Notes: generated by a model not told the origin, from the sequence alone. Shown: positions 36,004 to 46,802, numbered from the stretch's first letter. The stretch: 64,000 bases of DNA from Natronosporangium sp. (GCA_035306365.1 DATGOE010000206.1:5461-69460), one strand, 5' to 3'. Translations and numbers: made by a program.

Positions 36004-36528
36004 GTGGGAGACAACAGGACGGCGCGCCCGGCCGCCCGGCTCACGGTGCTGTCGGGTCCCTCCGGGACCGGCAGGCACCGCGTCGCCGAGCTGGCCCGGG
36101 CGCGTTCGTCTGCCCGCTGGCGTCCGGTGCCGGTGACCACCCGACCGCGGCGCGCCGACGAGGTGGACGGAGTCGACTACCGGTTCGTCAGCCGGTCCGA
36201 GTTCGACGCGCTGCTGCGTGCCGGCGACCTGCTGGAGTGGGCCGAGGTCGGCGGCGACCGGTACGGCACCCCGCGATCGCCGGTGGAGAGCCGGTTGCGC
36301 CGGGGGGAGCCGGTGCTGGTCAGCCTCGACCTGCCCGGCGCCCGGCAGGTCCGTCAGGCGGTGCCGGAGGCGGTGTCGGTCCTGCTGGTCCACCCGGACG
36401 CCGTCACCGACGGTCACCGTCAGGCGCGCGCGGCCGGGTGGGAGTACGACGCCACGGTCGTGAACGACCTCATCGAGCGGGCTGTCGCGGAACTGGTAGG
36501 ATTGCTCGGCCCGTCCGCACCGCGGTAG
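36004..36528 (+). CDS. gmk: Degenerate guanylate kinase homolog (probable pseudoenzyme)
   Basis: gmk position; TTRPRR..EVDGVDY.F, LLEWAE, YGTP retained; P-loop is GPSGTGRH, SVS motif is PVP, LID shortened. Confidence 0.85.
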   Translation: MGDNRTARPAARLTVLSGPSGTGRHRVAELARARSSARWRPVPVTTRPRRADEVDGVDYRFVSRSEFDALLRAGDLLEWAEVGGDRYGTPRSPVESRLRRGEPVLVSLDLPGARQVRQAVPEAVSVLLVHPDAVTDGHRQARAAGWEYDATVVNDLIERAVAELVGLLGPSAPR

Positions 36529-36636
36529 GCCGGACCACACCGGCGGCCGTCCGGTGCGGACGTCGGACATGTCAGACTCAAGCACCCGGCCCCCTCGCGC
36601 CAACGGTGGCGCACGGGCCGGTTAAGGGAGAAGATC

Positions 36637-36900
36637 GTGCCTGGAACAGTCGCACAACCGGAGGGGATCACCAACCCGCCGATCGATGAGCTGCTGGAGC
36701 GCAGCTCGTCCAAGTACGCGCTGGTGATTTTCGCGGCTAAGCGGGCGCGCCAGATCAACGCCTACTACAGCCAGCTCGGTGAGGGCCTGCTGGAGTACGT
36801 CGGCCCGCTGGTGGAGACCACCCCCCAGGAGAAGCCGCTGTCGATCGCGCTACGCGAGATCAACGCCGGGCTGCTGCGGGCCGAGCCGGCCGAGACCTGA
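36637..36900 (+). CDS. rpoZ: RNA polymerase omega subunit
   Basis: [40 protein letters not shown]. Confidence 0.99.
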   Translation: MPGTVAQPEGITNPPIDELLERSSSKYALVIFAAKRARQINAYYSQLGEGLLEYVGPLVETTPQEKPLSIALREINAGLLRAEPAET

Positions 36901-36911
36901 GCGGGGGCGCG

Positions 36912-38135
36912 GTGGCGCGCGTCGTGCTCGGCGTCGGTGGTGGAATCGCCGCCTACAAGGCCTGTGAGCTGCTGCGGTTGCTCACCGAGTCCGGGCACGA
37001 GGTACGGGTCGTGCCGACCGCGGCGGCGCTGCGGTTCGTCGGCGCGCCCACCTGGGAGGCGCTGTCGGGCCGGCCGGTCGCGGCCGACGTGTGGACCGGC
37101 GCCCACGAGGTGCCGCACGTGCGCATCGGGCGCGAGGCCGAGCTGGTCCTGGTCGTGCCGGCCACCGCCGACCTGCTGGCCCGCGCCGCCACCGGGCTCG
37201 CCGACGACCTGCTGACCAACACGCTGCTGACCGCCCGCTGCCCGGTGGTGTTCGCGCCGGCCATGCACACCGAGATGTGGCAGCACCCGGCCACGGTGGC
37301 CAACGTCGCCACCCTGCGCGAGCGGGGAGCCCTGGTGCTGGAACCGGCCACCGGGCGGCTGACCGGGCCGGACACGGGCAAGGGGCGGCTGCCGGAGCCG
37401 GAGCAGATCTTCGAGGTGGCGGTGCGGGTGCTCGCGCGGGGCGCGGCCGCCCCGGACCTGACCGGGGTGCGGGTGCTGGTCACCGCCGGCGGCACCCGGG
37501 AGCCGGTGGACCCGGTGCGGTTCCTGGGCAACCGCTCGTCCGGCAAGCAGGGGTACGCGATCGCAAGCGCCGCCGCCGCCCGCGGCGCGGCCGTCACGGT
37601 GGTCGCGGCGAACGTGTCGCTGCCCGACCCGGCCGGTGCCGAGGTCATCCGGGTCGAGACGACCGAGCAGCTGCGCCGCGCGACGCTGGCGGCCGCGGCC
37701 ACCGCCGACCTGGTCGTCATGGCGGCCGCGCCCAGCGACTTCCGCCCCGCCGACGTGGCCGCGGAGAAGATCCGCCGGCAGGAGGAGGGGGCCGGGCCGG
37801 TGCTGCGTCTGGTCCCGACCGCCGACGTGGCCGCCGAGCTGGGTGCCGCCAAGCGTCCGGGCCAGGTGCTGGTGGCCTTCGCCGCCGAGACCGCCACCGG
37901 CGAGGAGGCGGTGGCAAGCGCGCGGGCCAAGCTCGCCCGGAAGCGGGCCGACCTGATCGTGCTCAACCGGGTGGGTCCGGACGGCCAGGGGCGGCAGCGG
38001 GGGTTCGGCACCGACACCAACGCGGCCACGGTCATCGGCGCCGACGGTTCCACCGTGGTGTTGGACGAGCGGCCCAAGGACGAACTGGCTGACAACATCC
38101 TCGATCTGGCCAAAACATACCTACATGCCGCTTAA
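36912..38135 (+). CDS. coaBC: Phosphopantothenoylcysteine decarboxylase/ligase
   Basis: GGIAAYKA, APAMHTEMW, TAGGTREPVDPVRFLGNRSSGKQG. Confidence 0.98.
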   Translation: MARVVLGVGGGIAAYKACELLRLLTESGHEVRVVPTAAALRFVGAPTWEALSGRPVAADVWTGAHEVPHVRIGREAELVLVVPATADLLARAATGLADDLLTNTLLTARCPVVFAPAMHTEMWQHPATVANVATLRERGALVLEPATGRLTGPDTGKGRLPEPEQIFEVAVRVLARGAAAPDLTGVRVLVTAGGTREPVDPVRFLGNRSSGKQGYAIASAAAARGAAVTVVAANVSLPDPAGAEVIRVETTEQLRRATLAAAATADLVVMAAAPSDFRPADVAAEKIRRQEEGAGPVLRLVPTADVAAELGAAKRPGQVLVAFAAETATGEEAVASARAKLARKRADLIVLNRVGPDGQGRQRGFGTDTNAATVIGADGSTVVLDERPKDELADNILDLAKTYLHAA

Positions 38136-38233
38136 CCTCTAACATGGCATCGAAGCATCACCGCACCGGACGCGACGGCGCCGGCTCGGTAGGCTTTGCG
38201 GAATGACCATCTGATGCGTGACGAAGGAGCGCC

Positions 38234-39424
38234 GTGTCCCGCCGTCTGTTCACCTCCGAGTCGGTCACCGAGGGTCACCCCGACAAGATCGCCGACCAGA
38301 TCAGCGACGGCATCCTCGATGCACTGCTCGCGCAGGACCCCCTGAGCCGGGTCGCCGTGGAGACCCTGATCACGACGGGTCAGGTCCACGTGGCCGGCGA
38401 GGTCACCACCCAGGCGTACGCCGACGTCCCGGAGATCGTCCGCCGCATCATCCTCGACATCGGGTACGACTCCTCCAAGAAGGGTTTCGACGGCGCGTCG
38501 TGCGGCGTGAACGTGTCCATCGGCTCCCAGTCCCCGGACATCGCCCTGGGCGTGGACCAGGCGCTGGAGCTGCGGACCGGGGCGGCCAGCGATCCACTCG
38601 ACGCCCAGGGCGCCGGCGACCAGGGCATGATGTTCGGCTTCGCCTGCACCGAGACCCCTGAGCTCATGCCGCTGCCGATCGCACTGGCGCACCGGCTCTC
38701 GCAGCGGCTGGCGGCGGTGCGCAAGGACGGCACCATCCCCTACCTGCGCCCGGACGGGAAGACCCAGGTGACCATCGAGTACGAGGGGATGCGGCCCGTC
38801 CGCCTGCACACGGTGGTCGTCTCCAGCCAGCACGCCGGCGACATCTCGATCGAGGAGCTGCTCACGCCCGACATCCGCGAGCACGTCATCGCGCCCGAGG
38901 TGGACGGCCTGGGCCTGGACGTGGACGGCTTCCGGCTGCTGGTCAACCCGACCGGCCGGTTCGAGGTGGGCGGTCCGATGGGCGACGCCGGCCTCACCGG
39001 CCGGAAGATCATCGTCGACACGTACGGCGGGTACGCGCGCCACGGCGGCGGCGCGTTCTCCGGCAAGGATCCCTCCAAGGTGGACCGGTCCGCCGCCTAC
39101 GCGATGCGGTGGGTCGCCAAGAACGTCGTGGCCGCCGGCCTGGCGGAGCGGTGCGAGGTGCAGGTCGCGTACGCGATCGGCAAGGCGCAGCCGGTGAGCC
39201 TGTCGGTGGAGACGTTCGGCACCGAGCGGGTCTCGCCGCAGCGGATCGAGAAGGCGATCCGCGAGGTGTTCGACCTGCGCCCGGCGGCGATCATCCGGGA
39301 TCTCGAGCTGCTGCGGCCGATCTACCTGCAGACCGCCGCCTACGGTCACTTCGGACGCGAGCTGCCCGACTTCACCTGGGAACGCACCGACCGGGTCGCC
39401 GATCTCAAGGCCGCCACCTCCTGA
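38234..39424 (+). CDS. metK: S-adenosylmethionine synthetase
   Basis: [36 protein letters not shown]. Confidence 0.99.
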   Translation: MSRRLFTSESVTEGHPDKIADQISDGILDALLAQDPLSRVAVETLITTGQVHVAGEVTTQAYADVPEIVRRIILDIGYDSSKKGFDGASCGVNVSIGSQSPDIALGVDQALELRTGAASDPLDAQGAGDQGMMFGFACTETPELMPLPIALAHRLSQRLAAVRKDGTIPYLRPDGKTQVTIEYEGMRPVRLHTVVVSSQHAGDISIEELLTPDIREHVIAPEVDGLGLDVDGFRLLVNPTGRFEVGGPMGDAGLTGRKIIVDTYGGYARHGGGAFSGKDPSKVDRSAAYAMRWVAKNVVAAGLAERCEVQVAYAIGKAQPVSLSVETFGTERVSPQRIEKAIREVFDLRPAAIIRDLELLRPIYLQTAAYGHFGRELPDFTWERTDRVADLKAATS

Positions 39425-39521
39425 CGCCACCAGCCCTGGGGCCGCCGCATCCTGGCGCGCCATCACCCGCTGGCGCCGACGCCCGGGCCCGACCCCGGTC
39501 GCGGCCCGGCACAATGCTCCG

Positions 39522-41522
39522 GTGACCACGCGCACCTCGCGCCGGGCGCGCGACCGCCAGCCGGCCGAGCGGCTGCCGGTCGCGCGCGTGTGCGTGGACC
39601 TGCCCCTGCCCCACCTGGACCGGCCGTTCGACTACCTCGTCCCCGCCCGCGACGACGCGGCCGCCGCGCCCGGCACCCGGGTCCGGGTCCGGTTCGCCGG
39701 GCAGCTGGTCGACGGCTGGCTGCTGGAGCGGGCCGCCACCAGCCCCCACACCGGCACGCTGGCCTTCCTGGAGCGGGTGGTCTCACCGGAGCGGGTGCTC
39801 ACCGACGAGGTGCTGCGGCTGGCGCGGGCCGTCGCCGCCCGGTACGCCGGCAGCCTCGCCGACGTGCTGCGCCTGGCGGTGCCGCCCCGCCACGCGCGGG
39901 TGGAGGCGGAGCCGGCCCCGCAGGTCGGGGCAGGTCCGGCGGCGGGCCCGCACCCGGACGCCTGGCGGGCGTACCGCGACGCGTGGCGGGCGTACCCGTC
40001 CGGACCGGAGTTCCTGCGGGCGCTGGCGGCCGGCCGGGCGCCGCGGGCGGTGTGGCAGGCGCTGCCGGGTGAGGACTGGCCGGCCCGGTTCGCCGAGGCG
40101 GCGGCGGCCACGGTCGCCGGTGGCCGGGGCGTGGTCGCGGTCGTCGCCGACGCCCGGGACCTGGACCGGCTCGACCAGGCGCTCCGGGCGGCGCTCGGGT
40201 CCGACCGGCACGTGGCACTGTCGGCCGCCCTGGGACCGGCGGAGCGCTACCGGCGGTTCCTGCGCGCCAGCCGGGGGACGGTGGCGGTGGTGGCCGGCAA
40301 CCGCGCGGCCGCCCTGGCGCCGGTACCGGCGCTCGGCCTGGTGGCGATCTGGGACGACGGTGACGACCTGCACGCCGAGCCCCGGGCGCCGTACCCGCAC
40401 GCCCGCGAGGTCCTGCTCACCCGCGCGCAGCTGGCCGGCGCCGGCGCGCTCGTCGCCGGCTACTCCCGGACCGCCGAGGCGCAGCAGCTGGTGGAGACCG
40501 GCTGGGCCAGGGCGCTGGTGGCCGACCGCGCCACCGTGCGGCGGCGCTGGCCGCGGGTGGTGCCGGTGGGGGACGAGCGGCAGCTGGCCGCCGACCCGGC
40601 GGCCGCGGCGGCCCGGCTGCCCAGCGTGGCCTGGCGGGCCGCCCGCGCCGCGCTGGCCGCCGGCGCACCGGTGCTCGTCCAGGTGCCACGGCGCGGGTAC
40701 GTCCCGGCCGTGGCGTGCGACCGGTGCCGCGCGCCGGCCCGGTGCCCCGGCTGCGGGGGCCCGCTGCAGCTGCCCTCGGCCCGGGCGGCGGCGGGCTGCC
40801 GCTGGTGCGGCCGTACCGTGGCCGGCTGGCGGTGCGCCGACTGCGGCGGCACCACACTGCGGGCCTCGGTGGTGGGCGCGGCACGCACCGCCGAGGAGCT
40901 GGGGCGGGCGTTCCCCGACGTGCCGGTGCGCTCCTCCGGCGGGGACGCGGTGCTGCCGCGCGTGCCGGCCGGCCCGGCGCTGGTCGTCGCCACACCCGGC
41001 GCCGAGCCGTTGGTCGCCGGCGGGTACGGCGCGGTGCTGCTGCTGGACACCTGGGCGCTGCTGACCCGGGCGGACCTGCGGGCCGGCGAGGAGACGCTGC
41101 GCCGCTGGTCGGCGGCGGCGGCGCTGGCGCGGCCCGCGAGCCAGGGCGGGACCGTGGTGGTGGTCGCCGACGGCGCGCTGCCCACCGTGCAGGCGTTGGT
41201 GCGCGGGGACCCCGCCGGGTACGCCGAGCGGGAGCTGGCCGAACGGCGGGCGCTGCGGTTTCCGCCCGCGGTACGGGTGGCCACCCTGACCGGTCCGCCG
41301 GAGGCGGTCGCGGAGCTGCTGGCCGAGGCGCGGCTGCCCGCGGGCACCGAGACGCTCGGCCCGGTGCCGGTCGGCGAGGACCAGCACCGGGTGCTCCTGC
41401 GGTGTCCGCGCGCCACGGGCCCGGCTCTGGCCGCGGCCCTGCACGCCGCGGCGAGTGTGCGCAGCGCCCGCAAGGCCCGCTCGGCGGTCCGGGTGCGGAT
41501 CGACCCGCTGGACCTCTACTGA
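39522..41522 (+). CDS. priA: Primosomal protein N' (actinobacterial PriA, helicase motifs degenerate)
   Basis: HLDRPFDY, four CxxC Zn motifs, RRGY, FPP, RIDP; metK-priA-def-fmt synteny. Confidence 0.93.
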   Translation: MTTRTSRRARDRQPAERLPVARVCVDLPLPHLDRPFDYLVPARDDAAAAPGTRVRVRFAGQLVDGWLLERAATSPHTGTLAFLERVVSPERVLTDEVLRLARAVAARYAGSLADVLRLAVPPRHARVEAEPAPQVGAGPAAGPHPDAWRAYRDAWRAYPSGPEFLRALAAGRAPRAVWQALPGEDWPARFAEAAAATVAGGRGVVAVVADARDLDRLDQALRAALGSDRHVALSAALGPAERYRRFLRASRGTVAVVAGNRAAALAPVPALGLVAIWDDGDDLHAEPRAPYPHAREVLLTRAQLAGAGALVAGYSRTAEAQQLVETGWARALVADRATVRRRWPRVVPVGDERQLAADPAAAAARLPSVAWRAARAALAAGAPVLVQVPRRGYVPAVACDRCRAPARCPGCGGPLQLPSARAAAGCRWCGRTVAGWRCADCGGTTLRASVVGAARTAEELGRAFPDVPVRSSGGDAVLPRVPAGPALVVATPGAEPLVAGGYGAVLLLDTWALLTRADLRAGEETLRRWSAAAALARPASQGGTVVVVADGALPTVQALVRGDPAGYAERELAERRALRFPPAVRVATLTGPPEAVAELLAEARLPAGTETLGPVPVGEDQHRVLLRCPRATGPALAAALHAAASVRSARKARSAVRVRIDPLDLY

Positions 41523-41544
41523 GCGCGGACCTCCCCGGAGCGCG

Positions 41545-41825
41545 CTACGGCTGCTGCAGCTCCACCTCGAGGTTGTGGTAGATCGGTCCCATGGTCGTCA
41601 GCGCCGCCATCTGCCGGGCGACGGCGTCGGTCTCCGGCCGGGCGCTGTTGGCCATGGCCTCCTCGTAGGTGGGAACTCGACGATCATGTAGTGGTGCCTG
41701 GGGTTGTCGCGGTCCTGTGCCAGGGCCAGCCGCGTGAACGACTGCTCCGGGCCGCTCTGGCTCAGCAGGTCGGCCAGCTCGTCGGGGCGGTCGGTCTCGA
41801 ACTCGACGATCTGGATGAAGCTCAT
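41545..41825 (-). pseudogene. Small conserved actinobacterial protein (dimeric alpha-beta barrel-like), split by a 1-nt frameshift
   Basis: MSFIQIVEF...DRDNP..YMIVEF in one frame; (P)TYEEAMANSARPET...IYHNLEV* in another; the break falls in the GGG run at 41671-41673. Confidence 0.7.
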
Positions 41826-42059
41826 CGCAGGTACCTCCCCGTCGCCGCGGGTCTGCCGCATGTGTCAGATGCCCCAAACTAGCACTTACCCGATATGCCG
41901 GATACGAGTTCGTCGGCATCCGGTGTCCCGCGGCGGTGGCGGCGGCCGAATGATCCGTACACTGGGACGCCGGGAGCGGGGTGTGGACGACGACCGGCAC
42001 CGCCGCGTCCCGCCGTTGGCGCGCCACCCGCCGCCGCACACAGCTTAAGGAGCGTCGCG

Positions 42060-42626
42060 TTGACCGTCCTTCCCATCCGCCTGTTCGGGGATCCCGTGCT
42101 CCGCACCCCGGCCGAACCGGTGACCGACTTCGACAAGCAGCTGCGCACGCTCGTCGCGGACCTCACCGACACCCTGCGCGACCAGCAGGGCAGCGGCCTG
42201 GCGGCTCCGCAGCTGGGGGTCAGCCTGCGGGTGTTCGTCTTCGACGTCGACGACGTCCAGGGGCATCTGGTCAACCCCGTGCTGGACTTCCCCGACGACG
42301 AGGAGCAGGACGGGCCGGAGGGATGCCTGTCGATCCCCGGCGTCTACGTCGACACCCGTCGCCGCATGAACGTGGTGGCCAAGGGCTTCAACATGTACGG
42401 CGACCCGGTGCAGCTGGTGGGCACCGGGCACATGGCCCGGTGCGTCCAGCACGAGACCGACCACCTCGACGGGGTGCTGTTCATCGACCGGCTCGACCCC
42501 CAGCGACGCAAGGAGGCGATGCGGCTGATCCGGGAGGCCGACTGGTACGACCCGGCGGCCCCACCGGTGGTGAAGGTCAGCCCGCACGCCGGCCCGTACC
42601 CCGACCCGTTCGGCCTGGGCGGGTAG
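42060..42626 (+). CDS. def: Peptide deformylase
   Basis: SD AAGGAG + TTG; [22 protein letters not shown]. Confidence 0.98.
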   Translation: MTVLPIRLFGDPVLRTPAEPVTDFDKQLRTLVADLTDTLRDQQGSGLAAPQLGVSLRVFVFDVDDVQGHLVNPVLDFPDDEEQDGPEGCLSIPGVYVDTRRRMNVVAKGFNMYGDPVQLVGTGHMARCVQHETDHLDGVLFIDRLDPQRRKEAMRLIREADWYDPAAPPVVKVSPHAGPYPDPFGLGG

Positions 42627-42628
42627 TC

Positions 42629-43555
42629 GTGCGCCTGGTCTTCGCCGGCACGCCGGAGGTGGCGTTGCCGTCGCTGGACGCGTTGGCCGAGTCCCGGCAC
42701 GAGCTGCTCGCGGTCGTGACCCGCCCGGACGCCCCGGCCGGCCGCGGCCGGCGGCTGGTCCGTTCCCCGGTCGCGCAGTGGGCCGACCGGCGCGGGCTGG
42801 AGGTGCTCACCCCCGCCCGCCCACGCGAACCGGCGTTCCTCGCCCGGCTGCGTCAGCTGTCGCCCGACTGCGTGCCGGTGGTCGCCTACGGCGCCCTGGT
42901 ACCGCCGGAGGCTCTGGCGATCCCCACCCACGGGTGGGTCAACCTGCACTTCTCACTCCTGCCGGCGTGGCGGGGCGCGGCGCCGGTGCAGCACGCCATC
43001 CTGGCCGGTGACGAGATCACCGGCGCGAGCGTCTTCCAGCTCGAGGAGGGACTGGACACCGGGCCGGTGTACGGCACGATCACCGAGCGCATCACCGACA
43101 CGGACACCGCCGGCGACCTGCTGGCCCGCCTCGCCGACGCCGGGGCCCGGCTGCTCGTGCAGGTGCTGGACGCGATCGAGGCGGGTGCGGCCAGGGCCGT
43201 CCCGCAACCGTCCGAAGGGGTCAGCCACGCTCCGAAGATCACCGTCGACGACGCCCGGGTGCGTTGGACGGAGCCCGCGTTCGCGGTCGACCGGCGGATC
43301 CGCGCCTGCACCCCAGACCCGGGTGCGTGGACCACGTTCCGCGGCGAGCGGGTCAAGCTCGGACCGGTCCGGCCCGCACCCGACCAGCCGGCCCTGCCCC
43401 CGGGCGTCCTGCGCGCCGCGCGGGACCGGGTGCTCGTCGGCACCGGCACCGTACCGGTGGTGCTCGGCGACGTGCAGCCCGCCGGCAAGCGGCCGACCGC
43501 GGCCACCGACTGGGCCCGGGGCGCCCGCCCGGCGGCGCAGGAGCGGTTCGAGTGA
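42629..43555 (+). CDS. fmt: Methionyl-tRNA formyltransferase
   Basis: [32 protein letters not shown]. Confidence 0.98.
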   Translation: MRLVFAGTPEVALPSLDALAESRHELLAVVTRPDAPAGRGRRLVRSPVAQWADRRGLEVLTPARPREPAFLARLRQLSPDCVPVVAYGALVPPEALAIPTHGWVNLHFSLLPAWRGAAPVQHAILAGDEITGASVFQLEEGLDTGPVYGTITERITDTDTAGDLLARLADAGARLLVQVLDAIEAGAARAVPQPSEGVSHAPKITVDDARVRWTEPAFAVDRRIRACTPDPGAWTTFRGERVKLGPVRPAPDQPALPPGVLRAARDRVLVGTGTVPVVLGDVQPAGKRPTAATDWARGARPAAQERFE

Positions 43556-45078
43556 GCGATCCCCGCCCGCCCCGGCGGCCGGGCCGGGGCCGGCCCGGCC
43601 GCGACCGCCACGCGGGCCGTGGGCAGCGCCCGACGCGCGTCGACCGGGGCCGGCGGGACGGGTGGCCACGCCCCGAGCGGGAACGGCCGGAGCGGCGGCC
43701 CGCCGGCGACCCACGCCGGGTCGCGTACGAGGCGGTCGCCGCGGTCCACCGCGACGACGCGTACGCCAACCTGGTCCTGCCGCACCTCATCGGCCGAGCC
43801 GCGCTCGCCGACCGGGACGCCGCGCTCGCCACCGAGCTCACCTACGGCACGCTGCGACGCCGCGGCACGCTCGACGCGGTGCTCGCCGCCGCCGCCGACC
43901 GACCGGTGGAGCGGATCGACCCGCCGGCGCGCGACGCGCTGCGGCTGGGCGCCTACCAGGCACTTTTCACCCGCATCCCCGCCCACGCCGCGGTCGCGTC
44001 CACCGTCGACCTGGTCCGCCGGGTCCATCCCCCCGCCACCGGCTTCGCCAACGCCGTGCTGCGCCGCGTCGCCGACCGGTCCCTGGACGAGTGGATCGCG
44101 GAGGTGGCGCCCGCTGCGACCGACGACCCGGTCGGCCACCTGGCGGTGGTGCACAGCCATCCGGCGTGGATCGTCCGGGCCTTCGCCGAGGCGCTGGGGG
44201 AGGACCTGTCCGGCGGCGGTGCCGGGTCCCAGACCGCGCGGGCGCTCGCGGCCGACAACGAGCCGGCACCGGTGCACCTGTGCGCCCGGCCGGGGCGGGT
44301 GGACGCGGTGACGCTCGCCGACGAGGTCGGCGGGTCCCCGGGTGTGTTCTCGCCGTACGCGGTGTACCTGCCGGGCGGGGCGCCCGGGCGGGTGCGCGCG
44401 ATCGCCGACGGGCGGGCCCACGTCCAGGACGAGGGCTCCCAACTGGTCACCGCCGCGCTGGCGGCGGCCGCCGTGTCGGGCGGGCCGGCGGAGCGCTGGC
44501 TGGACATGTGCGCCGGTCCGGGCGGCAAGGCCGCGCTGCTGGGTGCGCTGGCCGCGCAGCAGGCGGCGACCGTGACCGCGGTGGAGGTGGCCGAGCACCG
44601 GGCCCGCCTGGTGGCCGAGGCGGTCTCCGGCCTGCCGGTGCGGGTGGTGCGGGCCGACGCCCGCGAGGTCGGGCCGGGGGAGGAGATCCCACCCGCGGCG
44701 TTCGACCGGGTGCTCGTGGACGCGCCGTGCACCGGCCTGGGCGCGCTGCGGCGCCGTCCGGAGGCTCGCTGGCGGCGCACCCCGGCCGACCTGCCGGCGC
44801 TCACCCGGCTGCAGCGCGAGCTGCTGGTGGCGGCCATCGCCGCGGTCCGACCCGGCGGGGTGGTGGCGTACGTGGTGTGCTCCCCGCACGTGGTGGAGAC
44901 CCGGGTCAGCGTGGCGGAGGGGCGGCGGCGCAGCCCGCACCGCACCGAGCTGCTGGACGCCCGCCCCCTGCTGCCCGCCGGCATGCCGGAGCTCGGCGAC
45001 GGGCCGACCGTGCAGCTGTGGCCGCACCGGCACGGCACCGACGCGATGTTCCTGGCCGTGCTGCGACGCCTCGCCTGA
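43552..45078 (+). CDS. rsmB: 16S rRNA m5C967 methyltransferase RsmB/Sun
   Basis: NusB-like N-domain, [33 protein letters not shown]. Confidence 0.95.
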   Translation: MSDPRPPRRPGRGRPGRDRHAGRGQRPTRVDRGRRDGWPRPERERPERRPAGDPRRVAYEAVAAVHRDDAYANLVLPHLIGRAALADRDAALATELTYGTLRRRGTLDAVLAAAADRPVERIDPPARDALRLGAYQALFTRIPAHAAVASTVDLVRRVHPPATGFANAVLRRVADRSLDEWIAEVAPAATDDPVGHLAVVHSHPAWIVRAFAEALGEDLSGGGAGSQTARALAADNEPAPVHLCARPGRVDAVTLADEVGGSPGVFSPYAVYLPGGAPGRVRAIADGRAHVQDEGSQLVTAALAAAAVSGGPAERWLDMCAGPGGKAALLGALAAQQAATVTAVEVAEHRARLVAEAVSGLPVRVVRADAREVGPGEEIPPAAFDRVLVDAPCTGLGALRRRPEARWRRTPADLPALTRLQRELLVAAIAAVRPGGVVAYVVCSPHVVETRVSVAEGRRRSPHRTELLDARPLLPAGMPELGDGPTVQLWPHRHGTDAMFLAVLRRLA

Positions 45079-45101
45079 TCGACACGTGCCACACTGTCGG
45101 C

Positions 45102-45899
45102 ATGGCAGAGCCGATGTCCGCGCCGTCGCTCGTGCGGCGGCAGTACGCGCGGCCGGACCAGCTCCGCACCCGGCAGAGGCTCTGGTCGTACCACACCGGT
45201 CGGTCCTGGATGGACGACGCTCTGGACACGGTGGGCGCCCGTGGCGGCGAGACCGTCCTGGACGTCGGTTGCGGGGCCGGACGGTGGCTGGCGGCGCTGC
45301 GGCGCCGTGGTCACACCGGCCGCCTGCTGGGCGTGGACATCTCGCCCGGCATGGCCGCGGCCGCCGCCGAACGCACCGGAGCGGCGGCGCTGGTCGCGGA
45401 CGCGGTCGCGCTGCCGCTGCCGGACGCGACCGCCGACGTCGCACTCGCCGCGCACATGCTGTACCACACGCCGGAAGTGCCGGCGGCGGTGGCGGAGCTG
45501 CGGCGGGTGGTGCGACCGGGAGGCGTCGTGCTCGCCACCACCAACGGCGCGCGGCACATCGCCGAGATCCGCGCCGTCATGGACGAGGCGGCGGCACGGG
45601 TCGGAGCGAGGCGGCGCGCCATCACGCCCTCGTTCACGCTCGAGAACGGCGAGGAGATCCTCGGCGCCAGTTTCACCCGCGTACGGCGGCACGAGCGGGT
45701 CGCCGCCGTCGTGGTCCCCGCGGTGGAGCCGGTGGTCGACTACGTCGCCAGCTTCGACGATCCGCAGCTCGTCGGCCTGCCGGCCGGCACACCGTGGCGG
45801 GACTTCCTGGCGGAGGTCGACCGGATCGTGCGCGACCACGTTCGACGGCACGGCGCGTTCACCGTCACCCGCCACCCCGGCTTCTTCGTGTGTGCCTGA
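45102..45899 (+). CDS. Class I SAM-dependent methyltransferase
   Basis: VLDVGCGAG, GVDISPGM, ADAVALP, HMLYH, FTLENG. Confidence 0.9.
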   Translation: MAEPMSAPSLVRRQYARPDQLRTRQRLWSYHTGRSWMDDALDTVGARGGETVLDVGCGAGRWLAALRRRGHTGRLLGVDISPGMAAAAAERTGAAALVADAVALPLPDATADVALAAHMLYHTPEVPAAVAELRRVVRPGGVVLATTNGARHIAEIRAVMDEAAARVGARRRAITPSFTLENGEEILGASFTRVRRHERVAAVVVPAVEPVVDYVASFDDPQLVGLPAGTPWRDFLAEVDRIVRDHVRRHGAFTVTRHPGFFVCA

Positions 45900-45966
45900 C
45901 CGGCGACATCGCGTACATCACTGCGCGGGTCGCTATGCGGCACGCTCCCGAGTAAGGCAAACTATG

Positions 45967-45981
45967 TCCTGATAATCGGGA
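45967..45981. promoter_or_regulatory. Putative IclR operator upstream of iclR
   Basis: TCCTGA-TAA-TCGGGA; same motif recurs at 51794-51808. Confidence 0.75.
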
Positions 45982-45997
45982 ACTCTGGAGCGGAGAC

Positions 45998-46771
45998 ATG
46001 GGCGTCACGGGAAGCAACCACCGCAACCTCACCGCCGACCGGGCGATCCAGCTGCTGTTGCTGTACGACGATGACCGGCCGGTCCTGACCGCCGCCGAGG
46101 TCGCGGAACGGCTGGGGATGTCCCGTAGCACGACCTACCGCTATCTTCAGAGTCTCCGGGCGGCCGGGATGCTGGAGGAGGACGCCCGTGGCTTCCGGCT
46201 GGGGATGCGGATCTTCCAGCTGGCACACATCGCCCGGAAGGGACTCGGCCTCTCCGAGGTGGCGCTGCCAGTCATGCGCCGCCTGGCTGAGCAGACCGGA
46301 GAAACCGTCCTGCTCACCCGGCGTGTGGGACACAGGGTCGTATGCCTGGAACGGGAGGAGAGCACCCACCACCTGCGCCTGTCCTACGAGCGCGGACAGA
46401 TCCTGCCCATCCACGCGGGGGCCTCCGGCCTGGTGCTGCTGGCCTGGCTCACCGCGCAGGAACTCGACGAGGTGCTCCGGGCCGCTCCGCTGGAGCAGTT
46501 CACACCCTCGACCACCACCGATCCTCAGGTGCTGCGCGCGCGTCTCGCGGAGATCCGCAAGGTCGGCTACTGCGTGACCTTCGGGGAGCGCGATCCCGGG
46601 GTGGTCGGGGTCGCCGCGCCCGTGCGGGGACGCCACGGCGCGGTTGTGGCCGGCCTGAGCGTCGTCATGCCGCAGCCCCGGATGGATGTCGACATGCTGC
46701 AGTCGACCATCGACCTGGTGACCACCTCGGCGGAGGAGATCGGCGCGGCGGTGCGCCTCATCGACAGCTGA
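45998..46771 (+). CDS. IclR family transcriptional regulator
   Basis: ADRAIQLL, EVAERLGMSRSTTYRYL, GASGLVLLA, GVAAPV. Confidence 0.95.
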   Translation: MGVTGSNHRNLTADRAIQLLLLYDDDRPVLTAAEVAERLGMSRSTTYRYLQSLRAAGMLEEDARGFRLGMRIFQLAHIARKGLGLSEVALPVMRRLAEQTGETVLLTRRVGHRVVCLEREESTHHLRLSYERGQILPIHAGASGLVLLAWLTAQELDEVLRAAPLEQFTPSTTTDPQVLRARLAEIRKVGYCVTFGERDPGVVGVAAPVRGRHGAVVAGLSVVMPQPRMDVDMLQSTIDLVTTSAEEIGAAVRLIDS

Positions 46772-46802
46772 GGACCGGGCCGGCCCGGGCCGGATGACGG
46801 CG

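Noticed and set aside
38136-38233. Possible SAM riboswitch upstream of metK
   Set aside because: Only a short GCATCA/TGATGC complementarity; no recognisable SAM-I or SAM-IV core; a TAGGCT -10-like hexamer near 38190 would leave too short a leader
39522-41522. PriA lacking a recognisable Walker A/DExH helicase motif
   Set aside because: Typical of actinobacterial PriA; not novel
43008-45899. Apparent large fusions in the ORF track (e.g. 963-aa methyltransferase, 822-aa carA, 1040-aa alaS, 600-aa permease)
   Set aside because: Upstream extensions are shadow frames over neighbouring genes; true starts are marked by SD, ATGA/GTGA overlaps or leaderless -10 elements
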